64,000 nucleotides of DNA from Truepera sp. (GCA_965218435.1 CBDCKW010000009.1:736001-800000); one strand, 5' to 3'; shown: positions 41,765 to 51,861, counted from the stretch's first letter. A program made the numbers and translations. The notes: generated by a model from the letters alone, not told the origin.

Positions 41765-42184
41765 ATGTTCGCGGTACATGTCCCGGAAACAGACGCGATA
41801 CTCGAGACCATCTCTTGCACGTCGAGTGGGGTAAGCCGGTCTAGTTTCTTACGTCCGATACTTGGAATGATGTGTTTGACGACGGCGTGCTGATGGGCTT
41901 CAGCGGTGCGTGGTTTGACCTGCCCCTGTTTATGCTCGAGCCATCTTTCCGGTAGTCCCCTACCGTCAGCTTGGTATCGGTATAGGTGCCGTTTGAAAGC
42001 CGCTGCTTTATCTCTGTTACTTTAGCCAGCACTTCACCCTGCGTTTTGCCCGGTACCCACCTAAACTTTTGCTTACCTTCATTGTTATAACCGACTGCGA
42101 CCTTGCCTCGCCACGTACCATCGGGCCGTTCAAAGATAGAGCCCTCACCCTTACCGCGTCTCGTGCTACGTCTGCGTGCCACCT

Positions 42185-42493
42185 TTACCCTTTTCCTAAC
42201 CTTTTGCTCGCTACTCGGTACACGTCTTTCTTATCGCCTTCTTTGCGGATACCCACCACCACGACTGTCACCACACCCTCGAGACTCGCTATCTGATACA
42301 CCACTCGGTAACGTTGCCCTGCGGCCCTCACAACCCGGTAATCGCCTAAGTCTTTGCCTAGCGCCTTGCCTTGCTTGTCGGGTTCGGTGTCGAGGTCGAG
42401 AGCTTTACGAATGACCGCGTTCCGGGTTCGCACGTCGGTAATCGCCTCCAAGTTACGATCTACCTCATCGGTAAAGATGACCTCATAGGTCAA
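42185..42493 (-). CDS. RelE/ParE family toxin
   Basis: YEVIFT, GKAL..DL.DYR, YRVVYQI, VGIRKEG..DVY. Confidence 0.85.
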   Translation of the reverse strand: MTYEVIFTDEVDRNLEAITDVRTRNAVIRKALDLDTEPDKQGKALGKDLGDYRVVRAAGQRYRVVYQIASLEGVVTVVVVGIRKEGDKKDVYRVASKRLGKG

Positions 42494-42828
42494 CGCTTGA
42501 CGCCGTATTTAGCGGCGATGTCCGCAGCCGGAATAAGCTTTACTTCACCCCGCTCAAAGCGTTCTATACGTTCCCGAATGTCTGAAGGGACTTCATCCGG
42601 AAACTCGTATTCATCATCTTCACGCTCGAGTACGTCGCCCAGCTCTGCCCGCTCACCTGTCAATTTGTCGAGGGCATCTAAAACAGTCTGAAGCGTATCT
42701 AAGCTGATACGTTGCGCCTCACCTCGTGCCAGCGGATAAACAGTATTCACACTCAGCCCGGTAGCTTTGGCAAGCTGATAGGGCGTCACCTCATGGCGGT
42801 TTAAGTAGTCTTTCAAAACCCATTTCAC
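42490..42828 (-). CDS. Cro/C1-type HTH protein with antitoxin-like C-terminus
   Basis: TPYQLAKATGLSVNTVY HTH; acidic linker; ERFERGEVKLIP tail; ATGA overlap with the toxin. Confidence 0.78.
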   Translation of the reverse strand: MKWVLKDYLNRHEVTPYQLAKATGLSVNTVYPLARGEAQRISLDTLQTVLDALDKLTGERAELGDVLEREDDEYEFPDEVPSDIRERIERFERGEVKLIPAADIAAKYGVKR

Positions 42829-42955
42829 ACACGTAGCTTAGCATATACTTTGTTACATCGTACCTGTCGCATTATTAGCAGGTATATGCTATTATAAGGG
42901 CAGTTAGAGGCAGACCCTCGAAAAGTACAGCCCCTAGCTAGAAACGGAGTTCTAC

Positions 42956-43408
42956 ATAAACCATACTATTACCCTTCACAAGCAAGACGGCGCAAGTTAC
43001 CGCACCCCCGTTAAGGCGTATAACCTCGAGCGCAACGGTGTGACGGTCGGCACGCTTCAGACTTGGGGCACCGTCTGGGAGGTTTTAGACGTTATCTTGA
43101 TGTCTGCGGCATTGAGGGCGATATTGAACACAACGGGCTGCATCTGTGTTACGAGCACTGGGCTGTAGCAGATCGGCTCGAGAAGCTCACAGCCGCGCAA
43201 ACAGACAGCGCCGTAAACCTTAACGGCTTTCGTTCTCACGGGCCGCGAGACGACTACGAAGGCGGGCATAAACGCCCCTTTGCCGTCGTCCCGGATAACA
43301 GCCTCGAGCACGTTTCTAGGGATGTAACCGTCACATTTGACGAGGTGTCGTTCTGGGCTGTCGAGCACCTTTTTCACCGCGTCCATACTGAGCTGGGCAA
43401 GCCTGACC
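42956..43408 (+). pseudogene. Decayed phage/element-type hypothetical gene, cut by IS630
   Basis: GGAG SD then ATA in place of a start codon; apparent frameshift near 43090; ends at the IS630 terminus. Confidence 0.35.
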
Positions 43409-44380
43409 TAGTGCTCCATCAACCGCTTACATCAGGGTAGAGCCTCTTGAGCTTGAAACGGGCGTTCGGGGTTGTGAATTGCCAGTCGATGGTCACAGCA
43501 CGCTCGCGGCGGTTTTCGAGCCAGCTTTTCACCACCTGCTCCAAACGTTGTTTATCTCCAGGTCGCTCGCCTAGAGCTTGGCGTTCTAACACCGACCACT
43601 CCGACGCTTGGACGTTTACCCAAGAACCATGCTTGGGCGTGAAATGAAACTCGAAGTGCTTGGCAAGACGATGCGCCTCGTGAGGCTCGAGGGCTTCATA
43701 TAAAGAGGCTTTCTTGTGGGCGTTGAGATTGTCCTGCACGATGACGATGATTTGGGTTTCGGGAAAAGCTTCTGAAACGCGCTTCAAGGCGTGCGCGTAG
43801 TCAACAGCCGTGCGGCGCTCGGTGACCCACACCCAAACGCTTGCTTGTTAACGGTTCGGTCCAGCCGAACAAGTTGGCTGTGCCATGCCGCTCGTATCTG
43901 AATCCACCCGCTTGACCCTGCCCGGTTTTGGAGGTACCAAGATCAAGATATCACCAACAAGCTGACAAGGCTTCTCATCAAAACCGATAACCGGATGTCT
44001 CTCATCGAGGGGCCGCTCGTACACGTCTAGCACCTCTTCCACCGCATAGACAAAAGCAGCACTCTTCTCAGGCGGGATGTGCCACTGCTTCTTCAGGTGA
44101 GGCCGGAGCGCAGTTTTTTAGAACTTGACGTACCTTCTCCCGCGAGATGCTCTCTCCCAGCTCGAGCTTGACCACGCGTAAGGACAGGGTCCAGACGGGT
44201 TCTTTGTTGGGCGTGTCCGAACAAGCTAGAGCGATGATATGCGCTTCAACCCGACCACCGACCTTTACTGGGACGCCTTTGTCCTTACGGGTTTTGCGTT
44301 CGACCGTACACTGTACGCCCTCCTCCAGATAGCGTCTGCGGTGTTGTAGACCGTCGCTTCGCTAGCGAAAGCAGTATGCA
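43409..44380 (-). mobile_element. IS630-family transposase remnant
   Basis: MEEVLDVY, FDEKP, QDNLNAH, FTPKHGSW, IDWQFT; multiple frameshifts; A-run at the orfA/orfB junction near 44115. Confidence 0.85.
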
Positions 44381-44612
44381 ATAGACCTAAAGGACGAATT
44401 AAGAAACGGCTGTACTTGGCAAGACTTGTCCGGTGATTTTCCCCCGCAGGTTAGGGTCACTAGACCCTTCGGCTAGAGCCGACGACCTAGGCAGAGCGTG
44501 TACTACCACTTTGCCAAGTGGCGAGACGAAGGCTTGTGGCGCAAGCTCAATAAGCACTTGCGGCGCAAGTTAAGAAAGCGACTTAGACGGGATGAAGAAC
44601 CGAGCGCCGGGA
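44381..44612 (+). mobile_element. IS5-family (IS1031-like) transposase fragment
   Basis: Translates LRNGCTWQDLSGDFP...VYYHFAKWRDEGLW...RDEEPSAG, interrupted by a short insert. Confidence 0.6.
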
Positions 44613-44684
44613 ACTAGGCCCGCTAGGTGCGCGGAGGCACTCCCTAGGGTCGCCGGGCTTTGCCCGTTCTAGGGTGCGCCAGAT

Positions 44685-45168
44685 AAAGAAGGGGGCGAGA
44701 GGCACAAGCACTTGGCTACAGTCGTGGCGGCGTCTTGGACAAGATGGTACCTCCTGGGCCTGTCCGCTTCAGCAGCAAAATCCACGTCACCGTAGACGCT
44801 CTGGGCAACCCCTTACGTCTGCTCCTTAGTGCTGGACAAGCGCACCGCCCTACGCGACAGCGTTACTAGCAGGCTACGAGGTTGACTACGTGTTAGGTGA
44901 CAAAGCCTATGATGCTGAACCTATCCTCACGACGATTGCTGAAATGCAGGCGCAAGTAGTCATCCCGCCTAAATCAAACCGCAAAGAGCAACGCGACTAC
45001 GATGACGGGCTTTACCAAGAACGTCACCTCGTAGAATGCTTTTTCAACAAGCTTAAACAGTATAGACGCTGTTTTTCTCGCTTCGACAAGCTCGCCGTAA
45101 CGACCTCAGCTTCTTACACTTCGCCGCCGCTCTCATCTGGCTTAGGTGAAATGTCAACAAGCTTAGCA
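44685..45168 (+). mobile_element. IS5-family (IS427-like) transposase 3' remnant with right end
   Basis: LGYSRGG, SKIHVTVDALGNP, GDKAYD, VIPPKSNR, YQERHLVECFFNKLKQYRR; end TGTCAACAAGCTTAG. Confidence 0.8.
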
Positions 45169-45172
45169 AATA

Positions 45173-45769
45173 TTACAGATAAGGCAAACGCGCGGCGGTC
45201 TGCGCGATGGCGTCGTCAGCTTCCAAAAGTTCGGCAATGGGGTCCCAACGTCCGGCTAACAGGGCGTCTTGGGCGCTCTCGCGGATGGTCACTTCAAACG
45301 CTTTATCGCCGACGGTCAAGGTGCCGAGCGCCACGTCTAAGGTCACTTCGGTGTTGGGGTCGGCGTCTATGGTGGCCGCCATCTCTGCAAGCTGCTCAGC
45401 GGTCGCTTCAGCGCAGGGTATCCCCAGCGTGGTGCTGTTGCCGAAGAAAATCTCGGCGAAACTTTCCGCAATTACCGCGCGGATGCCGTAGCGGTACATC
45501 GCCTGCGGCGCGTGCTCGCGGGACGAACCACAGCCAAAGTTCTCACCCGATAAGAGGATGCTGGCCCCGGCAAAACGCGGGTCGTTTAAGGGGTGAGCTT
45601 TTTCGCCTCCGTCCTCGCCAAACCGCACGTCGTAAAACATGTACTGCCCCAGGTCGTCAAAGGTCACGCACTTCATAAACCGCGCCGGGATGATGCGGTC
45701 GGTATCAATGTCGTCGCCGGGGACGACAACGCCGCGTCCGGTTACTGAGGTGATTTTTTCTAAAGCCAT
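45173..45769 (-). CDS. leuD: 3-isopropylmalate dehydratase small subunit
   Basis: DIDTDRIIPARF, NFGCGSSREHAP, SFAEIFFGN. Confidence 0.95.
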   Translation of the reverse strand: MALEKITSVTGRGVVVPGDDIDTDRIIPARFMKCVTFDDLGQYMFYDVRFGEDGGEKAHPLNDPRFAGASILLSGENFGCGSSREHAPQAMYRYGIRAVIAESFAEIFFGNSTTLGIPCAEATAEQLAEMAATIDADPNTEVTLDVALGTLTVGDKAFEVTIRESAQDALLAGRWDPIAELLEADDAIAQTAARLPYL

Positions 45770-45796
45770 CGTGATGCTCCTTTTCTATGTACGTTT

Positions 45797-46372
45797 TTAT
45801 GCACATTTTGCGCAGACCATAAGACCGGTAGACCAGTCCAAACGGGTAGCGAGGAAGTCGGCTCGAGCCCCTAACACCTCCATCAGTGTCCGCTGACCTT
45901 GCCAGACAGTAAGCAAGTAACTATCCATATCTACGAGCTCAGCTTCATCCGTCCAACCGAGGTTCATATCATCCACCACATAAAACCCGCCCGGCACAAC
46001 TAAATCTAAAGCTAGTTCAGGGTGGTTGATTTTTCCGGGTTTGGTATCGGCGAAGATAAAGTCGAACAGGGTAGAGGTGTGGCGGAGGTACTCGAGTCCG
46101 TCTCCCACCCAAAAGCTGATCCGTGGGTCGTGGCCCAAATATTTGCGAGCTACGTCAACCTGCTCGGCGTTTTGTTCAACGGTTATAAGGCTCGAGGCTT
46201 TGTCCATCCCCCGTAAAAGCCACGCGCTCCCCGCGCCGACACCCGTCCCGAGTTCTAAAAACCGGCCGCCGGGTTTGCTCGCCGCGAGTGTTGCCAAAAA
46301 GCCACCCGTGAGGTCATCTGAGCTTTGGGTAAAACCCAACTCTTGAGCGGCCTCACGAATTGCCCCGGTCAT
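45797..46372 (-). CDS. Class I SAM-dependent O-methyltransferase
   Basis: LELGTGVG motif I, FDFIFAD, PGGFYVVDD. Confidence 0.85.
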   Translation of the reverse strand: MTGAIREAAQELGFTQSSDDLTGGFLATLAASKPGGRFLELGTGVGAGSAWLLRGMDKASSLITVEQNAEQVDVARKYLGHDPRISFWVGDGLEYLRHTSTLFDFIFADTKPGKINHPELALDLVVPGGFYVVDDMNLGWTDEAELVDMDSYLLTVWQGQRTLMEVLGARADFLATRLDWSTGLMVCAKCA

Positions 46373-46373
46373 C

Positions 46374-47816
46374 TTAAGCAGAAACCGTTGACGCGTCGGT
46401 TTTGAACACGTCTCTCGCGTCGCTCACTCTGCCCGTGACCGCTGCCGCCATCACCATCACCGGACTCATCAGTACGGTGCGGCCCGTGACGCTGCCCTGT
46501 CGCCCCTTAAAATTGCGGTTCGAGGACGACGCGCAGAGTTGGTCGCCGACGAGCTTGTCGGGGTTCATCGCCAGACACATGCTGCAGCCCGCGTCGCGCC
46601 ACTCGAAGCCCGCGTCACGAAAAACCTGATCAATCCCGAGTTCTTCGCACTGATATTTAACGATTTGCGAGCCCGGTACGGCGATGGCTTTTACATCGGG
46701 TGAAACCTGATGCCCTTTGAGATATTTGGCCGCTTCGGTAAAGTCCGACATCCGCCCGTTTGTACACGACCCGAAAAAAGCCACGTCAATCTTGGTTCCG
46801 GCAATCGGGGCACCGGGGGTCAGCTTCATGTGCTCCAACGCCTCGGCAATATTGGCTTTTTCACCCTCGGGCGCGTCCTCGACAGTTGGAATAGTTTCAC
46901 CGATAAAGATGGCTTGTCCCGGATTGATACCCCACGTGACCGTCGGCGCGATGTCTTCGGCGCGGATGTTTACGGTGTCGTCGTAGCTGCAGCCTTCGTC
47001 CGAAGCGAGCGCCAGCCAGCGTTCACCTGCTGCTGCCCACTCACTCTCTTTCGGCGCGTAAGGACGGCCCTCGATATAGTCCACCGTCGTCTGATCAGGG
47101 TTGACATACCCGCACCGTGCGCCGCCTTCGATACTCATATTACAGACCGTCATCCGCTCTTCCATGCTCATGGTGTCAAACACGCTGCCGCCGTACTCGT
47201 AGGCGTAACCGATGCCGCCCTTGACGCCGAGGGTACGGATAATATGCAAAATCACGTCTTTGGCGTAAACCCCCGGCCCGAGCTTGCCGTCTACATTGAT
47301 CCGCCGCACTTTGGGTTTGCTCATCGTGATGGTCTGGGTCGCCAGTACGTCGCGGACCTGCGAGGTGCCAATCCCAAAGGCGATGGCCCCGAACGCGCCG
47401 TGCGTCGAAGTGTGCGAGTCGCCGCACGCGACCGTCATCCCCGGTTGGGTGATGCCTTGTTCCGGCCCGACCATATGAACGATGCCCTGTTTGCCGCTCC
47501 CCGTGTCGAACATCGTCACGCCGAACTCGGCGCAGTTTTTGCGCAGTTCGCGGATCATCTCGTCGGCCAAGGGGTCGGCGAAAGGCTCTTCACGTGTATC
47601 GGTCGGGACGATGTGGTCTACGGTGGCAAAGGTGCGTTCGGGATGGCGCACTTTGAGGTTCAGGTCACGGAGCATCCCAAAAGCCTGCGGGCTGGTTACT
47701 TCGTGAATCAAGTGGGTACCGATAAACAGCTGGGTTTGACCGTTGCCTAAGGTTTTAACGGCGTGGGCGTGCCAGACCTTTTCAAACAGGTTTTGGGGGT
47801 GCGGCTCGGATGACAT
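46374..47816 (-). CDS. leuC: 3-isopropylmalate dehydratase large subunit
   Basis: [46 protein letters not shown]. Confidence 0.96.
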   Translation of the reverse strand: MSSEPHPQNLFEKVWHAHAVKTLGNGQTQLFIGTHLIHEVTSPQAFGMLRDLNLKVRHPERTFATVDHIVPTDTREEPFADPLADEMIRELRKNCAEFGVTMFDTGSGKQGIVHMVGPEQGITQPGMTVACGDSHTSTHGAFGAIAFGIGTSQVRDVLATQTITMSKPKVRRINVDGKLGPGVYAKDVILHIIRTLGVKGGIGYAYEYGGSVFDTMSMEERMTVCNMSIEGGARCGYVNPDQTTVDYIEGRPYAPKESEWAAAGERWLALASDEGCSYDDTVNIRAEDIAPTVTWGINPGQAIFIGETIPTVEDAPEGEKANIAEALEHMKLTPGAPIAGTKIDVAFFGSCTNGRMSDFTEAAKYLKGHQVSPDVKAIAVPGSQIVKYQCEELGIDQVFRDAGFEWRDAGCSMCLAMNPDKLVGDQLCASSSNRNFKGRQGSVTGRTVLMSPVMVMAAAVTGRVSDARDVFKTDASTVSA

Positions 47817-47851
47817 AAGTTCCTCTCTGATTCCTATTCGCGGACAAAACG

Positions 47852-47877
47852 AAAAAACCCTCGGATTTCCCGAGGGC
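47852..47877 (-). terminator. Attenuator terminator of the leuC operon
   Basis: CCCTCGGG-AAAT-CCGAGGG followed by T6. Confidence 0.8.
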
Positions 47878-47898
47878 GCTTTGGGCTAGGCGCGTAAC

Positions 47899-47979
47899 TT
47901 ACGCAGCAGCGACCTCGAGCCAACAGGCTAGACCGACTAGGCTTAGGGCTAGCTGTGTAGAAGGCGCGGCTGTTGACAT
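47899..47979 (-). CDS. leuL: Leu leader peptide (MSTAAPSTQLALSLVGLACWLEVAAA)
   Basis: Four clustered CTA Leu codons; promoter TTGACA-18nt-TATACT at 47989-48018; antiterminator and terminator downstream. Confidence 0.75.
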   Translation of the reverse strand: MSTAAPSTQLALSLVGLACWLEVAAA

Positions 47980-48096
47980 CTAGGGCTGAGTATACGTGCT
48001 CTCTAAAGGACCTGTCAACGTAAAGCTCACACCTTATGTCGGAACCAAAGCCGGACGGTTTACAGCGTCCGGCCGGTTGTGAGTAACCGCTAAAAG

Positions 48097-49116
48097 CTAG
48101 CTGGGTTTTTGCTTGTTCGACTCGTTTTTAGCGGTTTCTTTAGCGTCGTCGGCAACCTTTTTGGCGGCGTCTTTACCTTCTTCTACTATATTTTTGCCCT
48201 CGGTTTTTACGTCGTCGGCGACTTGGCTAAACTCTTGCTTGGCGGTTTCTTTAGCGTCGTCAAAGGTTTTTTGGGCTACGTGACGGGCGCGTTCGGCGGC
48301 GTCTTTGGCTTGGTCAGCTAAGTGATCGCGGGCGTCGCCCATCAGCTTGTCTTCTTGGCGGGTACCGGGGAGTGAGAGCCCGATCAGCGCACCTAAAATC
48401 GCGGTGATCAGTCCGGCGACGAGCGGTTGGGACTCGATAAACCCGGCGAGACCGCGTTCGGCTTCTCTGGTCTTCGCTTTCGTCTGACTGGCGGCGCTGC
48501 TTGCGCGGTCACGCAGGTCATTGCCCTCGTCTTGCAGCCAGCTCCCAGCGCTCGAGCTACCCGTACTGGAACCGCCCGTGCTGGAACCGCTCCCACTCGT
48601 CCCGGCGTTGTCGTAAGCGCCGTAATCGTACCCTTGTCCGGAAAGCCCGCGCGTCTGATAGTCAGACTGATAGCTGGACTGTGTGTCGCCGTAACCGGGG
48701 CGCACATAACCCGTGTAGTCGCCCTCGCCGTAACCGTAACGGGTGCCGTAGCCGGTATAGCCTTCATCGTCGTCGTCGCCAGCACGTCTGATACCGACGC
48801 CGCCCCCGGCGACGAGTAGGAGTACACCTGCGCTCAGGAGCGCCGTCGGCAAAGGGTGACGGCGGACCATATCGAAAAAGCTCGTCCCGGCCTCTTGTGC
48901 CCGCTGGGTTACGTTGTCGGTTACTTCGTGTACGGTGTCCATAATGACCTCCTGTGCGCCTCTAAGCGTCTGCTCAGTCTGCGTTTTGAATGTGTTGCGG
49001 TAGCGTTCAGGGCTCAGTTTGTCGGCTAGGGCCTCGATGTCTCGTCCGAGGCTCTGCCGGGTGCGGGCAACGTCGTCCTCGAGCCGCCCTACCTCAACTT
49101 TATTGTCTTGGCTCAT
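48097..49116 (-). CDS. DUF3618/DUF883-like stress protein with LEA-like tail
   Basis: TRQSLGRDIEALADKLSP, PL..GL...GALIGLSLP.T.QED..MG, DAKETAK repeats. Confidence 0.7.
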   Translation of the reverse strand: MSQDNKVEVGRLEDDVARTRQSLGRDIEALADKLSPERYRNTFKTQTEQTLRGAQEVIMDTVHEVTDNVTQRAQEAGTSFFDMVRRHPLPTALLSAGVLLLVAGGGVGIRRAGDDDDEGYTGYGTRYGYGEGDYTGYVRPGYGDTQSSYQSDYQTRGLSGQGYDYGAYDNAGTSGSGSSTGGSSTGSSSAGSWLQDEGNDLRDRASSAASQTKAKTREAERGLAGFIESQPLVAGLITAILGALIGLSLPGTRQEDKLMGDARDHLADQAKDAAERARHVAQKTFDDAKETAKQEFSQVADDVKTEGKNIVEEGKDAAKKVADDAKETAKNESNKQKPS

Positions 49117-49526
49117 CCGACTTTCTCCCGGACCATCGCTACGTCATCTTTAAGCGTTTGTGCGGTGCGTTCAGGGATCAGTTTAAGTTTGCGCATCCGG
49201 TTGACGCCGATTAAGGCGAACACCGCGCCCAAGATTAAAAAGACGACGCCGACAATTAAAGCCGCCGCCCAGTGCGGCATTACGAGAGCGAGCGCCAAAA
49301 CGATCGACGTTAAAACGGCGATCAGGCCCACCGACGCTAAAATACCGCCGACCGCCAGCACGACCACACCGACTACTGCCTGCGCCAAAGCTCCTTGAAA
49401 CTCTTTTTTAGCGAGCGCCACCTCTTGTTGGATCAAAAGCCCGATGTCGCTCATCAATCCGGAAAAAAGGGTGCTAAACGAGCGGTTCTCGCCGGGGGCG
49501 TCTCCTGCCGAGGTTTCACCTATCAT
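49113..49526 (-). CDS. Phage holin family (YqjE/DUF1469-like) membrane protein
   Basis: LIQQEVALAKKE, two TM helices, WAAALIVG, PERTAQTLKDD. Confidence 0.8.
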   Translation of the reverse strand: MIGETSAGDAPGENRSFSTLFSGLMSDIGLLIQQEVALAKKEFQGALAQAVVGVVVLAVGGILASVGLIAVLTSIVLALALVMPHWAAALIVGVVFLILGAVFALIGVNRMRKLKLIPERTAQTLKDDVAMVREKVG

Positions 49527-49580
49527 CGTTCACCTGCCATCGTTCGCTCATCACAGATCACCTGTCACCTTGCGCCGCCC

Positions 49581-50156
49581 CTAACGGTTCTGTGTGTCTG
49601 AATGGGAACCACTCGAGCGTAAAAACCGGGCGGCAAAGAGACCTACCACGAGCGCACCGCCGACAAACAGACCGGGCCGCTGCCGCGCAAAGCTTTCGGC
49701 GTCTCCTAACATGTCGCGCAGGTCTTTGCCCTCGAGGTAGCCCGACACCTTCTCAACCTGGTCGGCGATACGCTCGGTATACCCGGCCAAGTCACCTTGG
49801 TCTTCTTCACGGAGCTGTTCGCCGGTTTTGCGAAACGCCTCTGCGACGCTGCTAACTTGCGAGGCAACCTGTCCCTTACCCTGCTTAAAGCCTTTTTCAG
49901 CCTCTGCTTGGGCGCGCCGCCGCGCATGTTGAGCTTGTGACTTCACCTGATCTTTGACGTCCCCGGCGCGGTCTTTGACCTCTTGGGTGGCGTCTTGCGC
50001 CTGCTCCTTGACCTCTTTTGCAGCGGCATCTGCCTGCTGCTGAGCGTCTTTGGCTCCCTGCTCGGCTTTTTGCGACGCCTGTTTCGCCGCGTCCTCGGCT
50101 TTTTCCGTGGCTTTCTCGGGACTGCTTTTATCGCCCTGCTGTTTTTGGTCTGACAT
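49581..50156 (-). CDS. LEA-like hydrophilic protein with C-terminal membrane anchor
   Basis: Q/K/A/E-rich helical repeats; FARQRPGLFVGGALVVGLFAARFLRSS. Confidence 0.7.
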   Translation of the reverse strand: MSDQKQQGDKSSPEKATEKAEDAAKQASQKAEQGAKDAQQQADAAAKEVKEQAQDATQEVKDRAGDVKDQVKSQAQHARRRAQAEAEKGFKQGKGQVASQVSSVAEAFRKTGEQLREEDQGDLAGYTERIADQVEKVSGYLEGKDLRDMLGDAESFARQRPGLFVGGALVVGLFAARFLRSSGSHSDTQNR

Positions 50157-50615
50157 TATGCTCCGTTCCCGCACCCTTGTGGGCTGCTTGTCACCGTACA
50201 AAAGCCCGGTGGTGAAGTTTTCTCGGCTGGTTCTGTCCGGCTGCTACTGCCACGCCTCCCTAATTGTGTTGAACCATACTACCCCGTGAAAGTACCTGTT
50301 CTTACAAATTTCCGCAAAAGTCGGCGTGATTGGGGCGTTTTGCCTTCATACTCATCCCAGCGGGCAGCTGTCAGAAGTTGCGTAAAGGGTGCTTTTACCA
50401 AAATGAAAGTCGCGCTTGGCGCGTCTTCTTTAAGGCGTCTTTCTCGAGACGGCAGGTGGTAGATGCAAAGCTTTTACAGCTCGGCGTTGTTGGCGTGGCC
50501 CAAAACCCGGCCCGGTGACCAGGCTCGAGGGCAAACCCAGCGTAAACCAGTGTAAAGACCCGAGGTAAAAACCTAGCGTAAAGACCTAGCGTAAAAACCT
50601 AGACAAAGCCGCCGC

Positions 50616-51773
50616 CTAGCCGCGCCCCCCACGGCCAAAGGTTGTCTGCGTCGGCAACGGCGCAGGAGCTTGGCGCATGGCTCCGCCAGCTTGGGACGCT
50701 GCGCCGGACACGCCGCCCGTACTGACCAAGCGGGCAAACTCTTTGGCGTCAACGGCCCGAGAAATCCCCGTTTCATACGAAATGGTGCGTTTAAGGTGCA
50801 GCTCGGCTAAACACGCGTCCATCGTCTGCATCCCGTGTTGCCCACCCATCTGAATAGCGGACAAGATCTGATAGGTTTTCCCCTCACGGATGAGGTTGCG
50901 AACGGCGGGCGTAGCGAGCAAAAACTCGTAGGCTAGGGCGCGGCCACCGCCCTGTTTGGGAACGAGCTGCTGCGTCAAAATCGCCTGCAAGTTGTTCGCG
51001 AGCTGGACCCGGACCTGCGCCTGTTGCGCCTCGGGAAATACGTCAATGATGCGGTCAACGGCTTCGGGTGCGGAGTTGGTGTGCAGCGTGCCCATGACCA
51101 GGTGGCCGGTTTCAGCGGCGGTTACGGCCGCGCCGATGGTTTCAAAGTCGCGCATCTCGCCGACTAAAATCACGTCCGGGGCCTGCCGCAGCACTGCCCG
51201 GAGCGCCCGCTCAAAACTTTTGGTGTCGTCGCCGAGTTCGCGCTGATTGATAATCGAGCGTTTATGCGTATGAAAAAACTCGATGGGGTCTTCGATGGTC
51301 ATGATGTGTTTGTGCGTTTCAGCATTGACCATATCGAGCATCGCCGCGAGCGTGGTAGATTTACCCGATCCGGTCGGGCCGGTGACGAGCACCAAACCTC
51401 GAGGCGCTTTGGCCACGTCGCCGACGATGCCGGGCAAGCCCATCTTGTCAAATCCTAAAATCTCACTGGGAATCGTGCGCAGCACGCCGCCGATCGAGCC
51501 GCGCTGAAAAAATGCGTTGACGCGGAAGCGGCCGTGCCCGGTTAGGGAAAATGAAAAGTCGAGTTCGCGGTGCTCTTCAAAGTCGCGCTGCTTTTTTTCG
51601 TCCATCATGGTGTATAAGAGGCGGCGGGTGTCGCTCGCGCCCAGCACGTCTAACTCGGTCGGTTGCCACTCGCCGTCGAGCCGGAGCATCGGCGGCAAGC
51701 CGACGGTGACGATTAGGTCCGAAGCGCGGCGTTCGCTGGTCAACTTTAACAGGTCGACGATGTCGGTTTGCAT
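50616..51773 (-). CDS. pilT: Type IV pilus retraction ATPase
   Basis: GPTGSGKSTT, TIEDPIE, LRQAPDVILVGEMRD, AVRNLIRE. Confidence 0.95.
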   Translation of the reverse strand: MQTDIVDLLKLTSERRASDLIVTVGLPPMLRLDGEWQPTELDVLGASDTRRLLYTMMDEKKQRDFEEHRELDFSFSLTGHGRFRVNAFFQRGSIGGVLRTIPSEILGFDKMGLPGIVGDVAKAPRGLVLVTGPTGSGKSTTLAAMLDMVNAETHKHIMTIEDPIEFFHTHKRSIINQRELGDDTKSFERALRAVLRQAPDVILVGEMRDFETIGAAVTAAETGHLVMGTLHTNSAPEAVDRIIDVFPEAQQAQVRVQLANNLQAILTQQLVPKQGGGRALAYEFLLATPAVRNLIREGKTYQILSAIQMGGQHGMQTMDACLAELHLKRTISYETGISRAVDAKEFARLVSTGGVSGAASQAGGAMRQAPAPLPTQTTFGRGGRG

Positions 51774-51861
51774 AACGTTCTCCTTTTTTAGGTACCGCTT
51801 GGTGACGCACTTAACGAAAATTCAGCTGCGTCAGACGGTGCTGCCGGGCTTCATAAAACTG

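Larger units (their letters stand above)
38500..42182 (-). pseudogene. Tyrosine integrase, frameshifted and interrupted by a group II intron
   Basis: RGKGEGSIFER N-terminus; GMRR.E, HDLRH, IGH, LYTH fragments in different frames; frameshifts near 41950, 39180 and others. Confidence 0.88.

Noticed and set aside
44890..45678. 262-aa ORF as a real fusion protein
   Set aside because: Frameshifted IS5 remnant reading through antisense to leuD
46710..47750. 346-aa plus-strand ORF, and similar long antisense ORFs such as 32002-32874
   Set aside because: Antisense shadows of conserved GC-rich genes with no recognisable motifs
49113..49526. Prophage lysis gene
   Set aside because: Holin-family label only; no endolysin or structural genes, and the context is a DUF3618 stress operon
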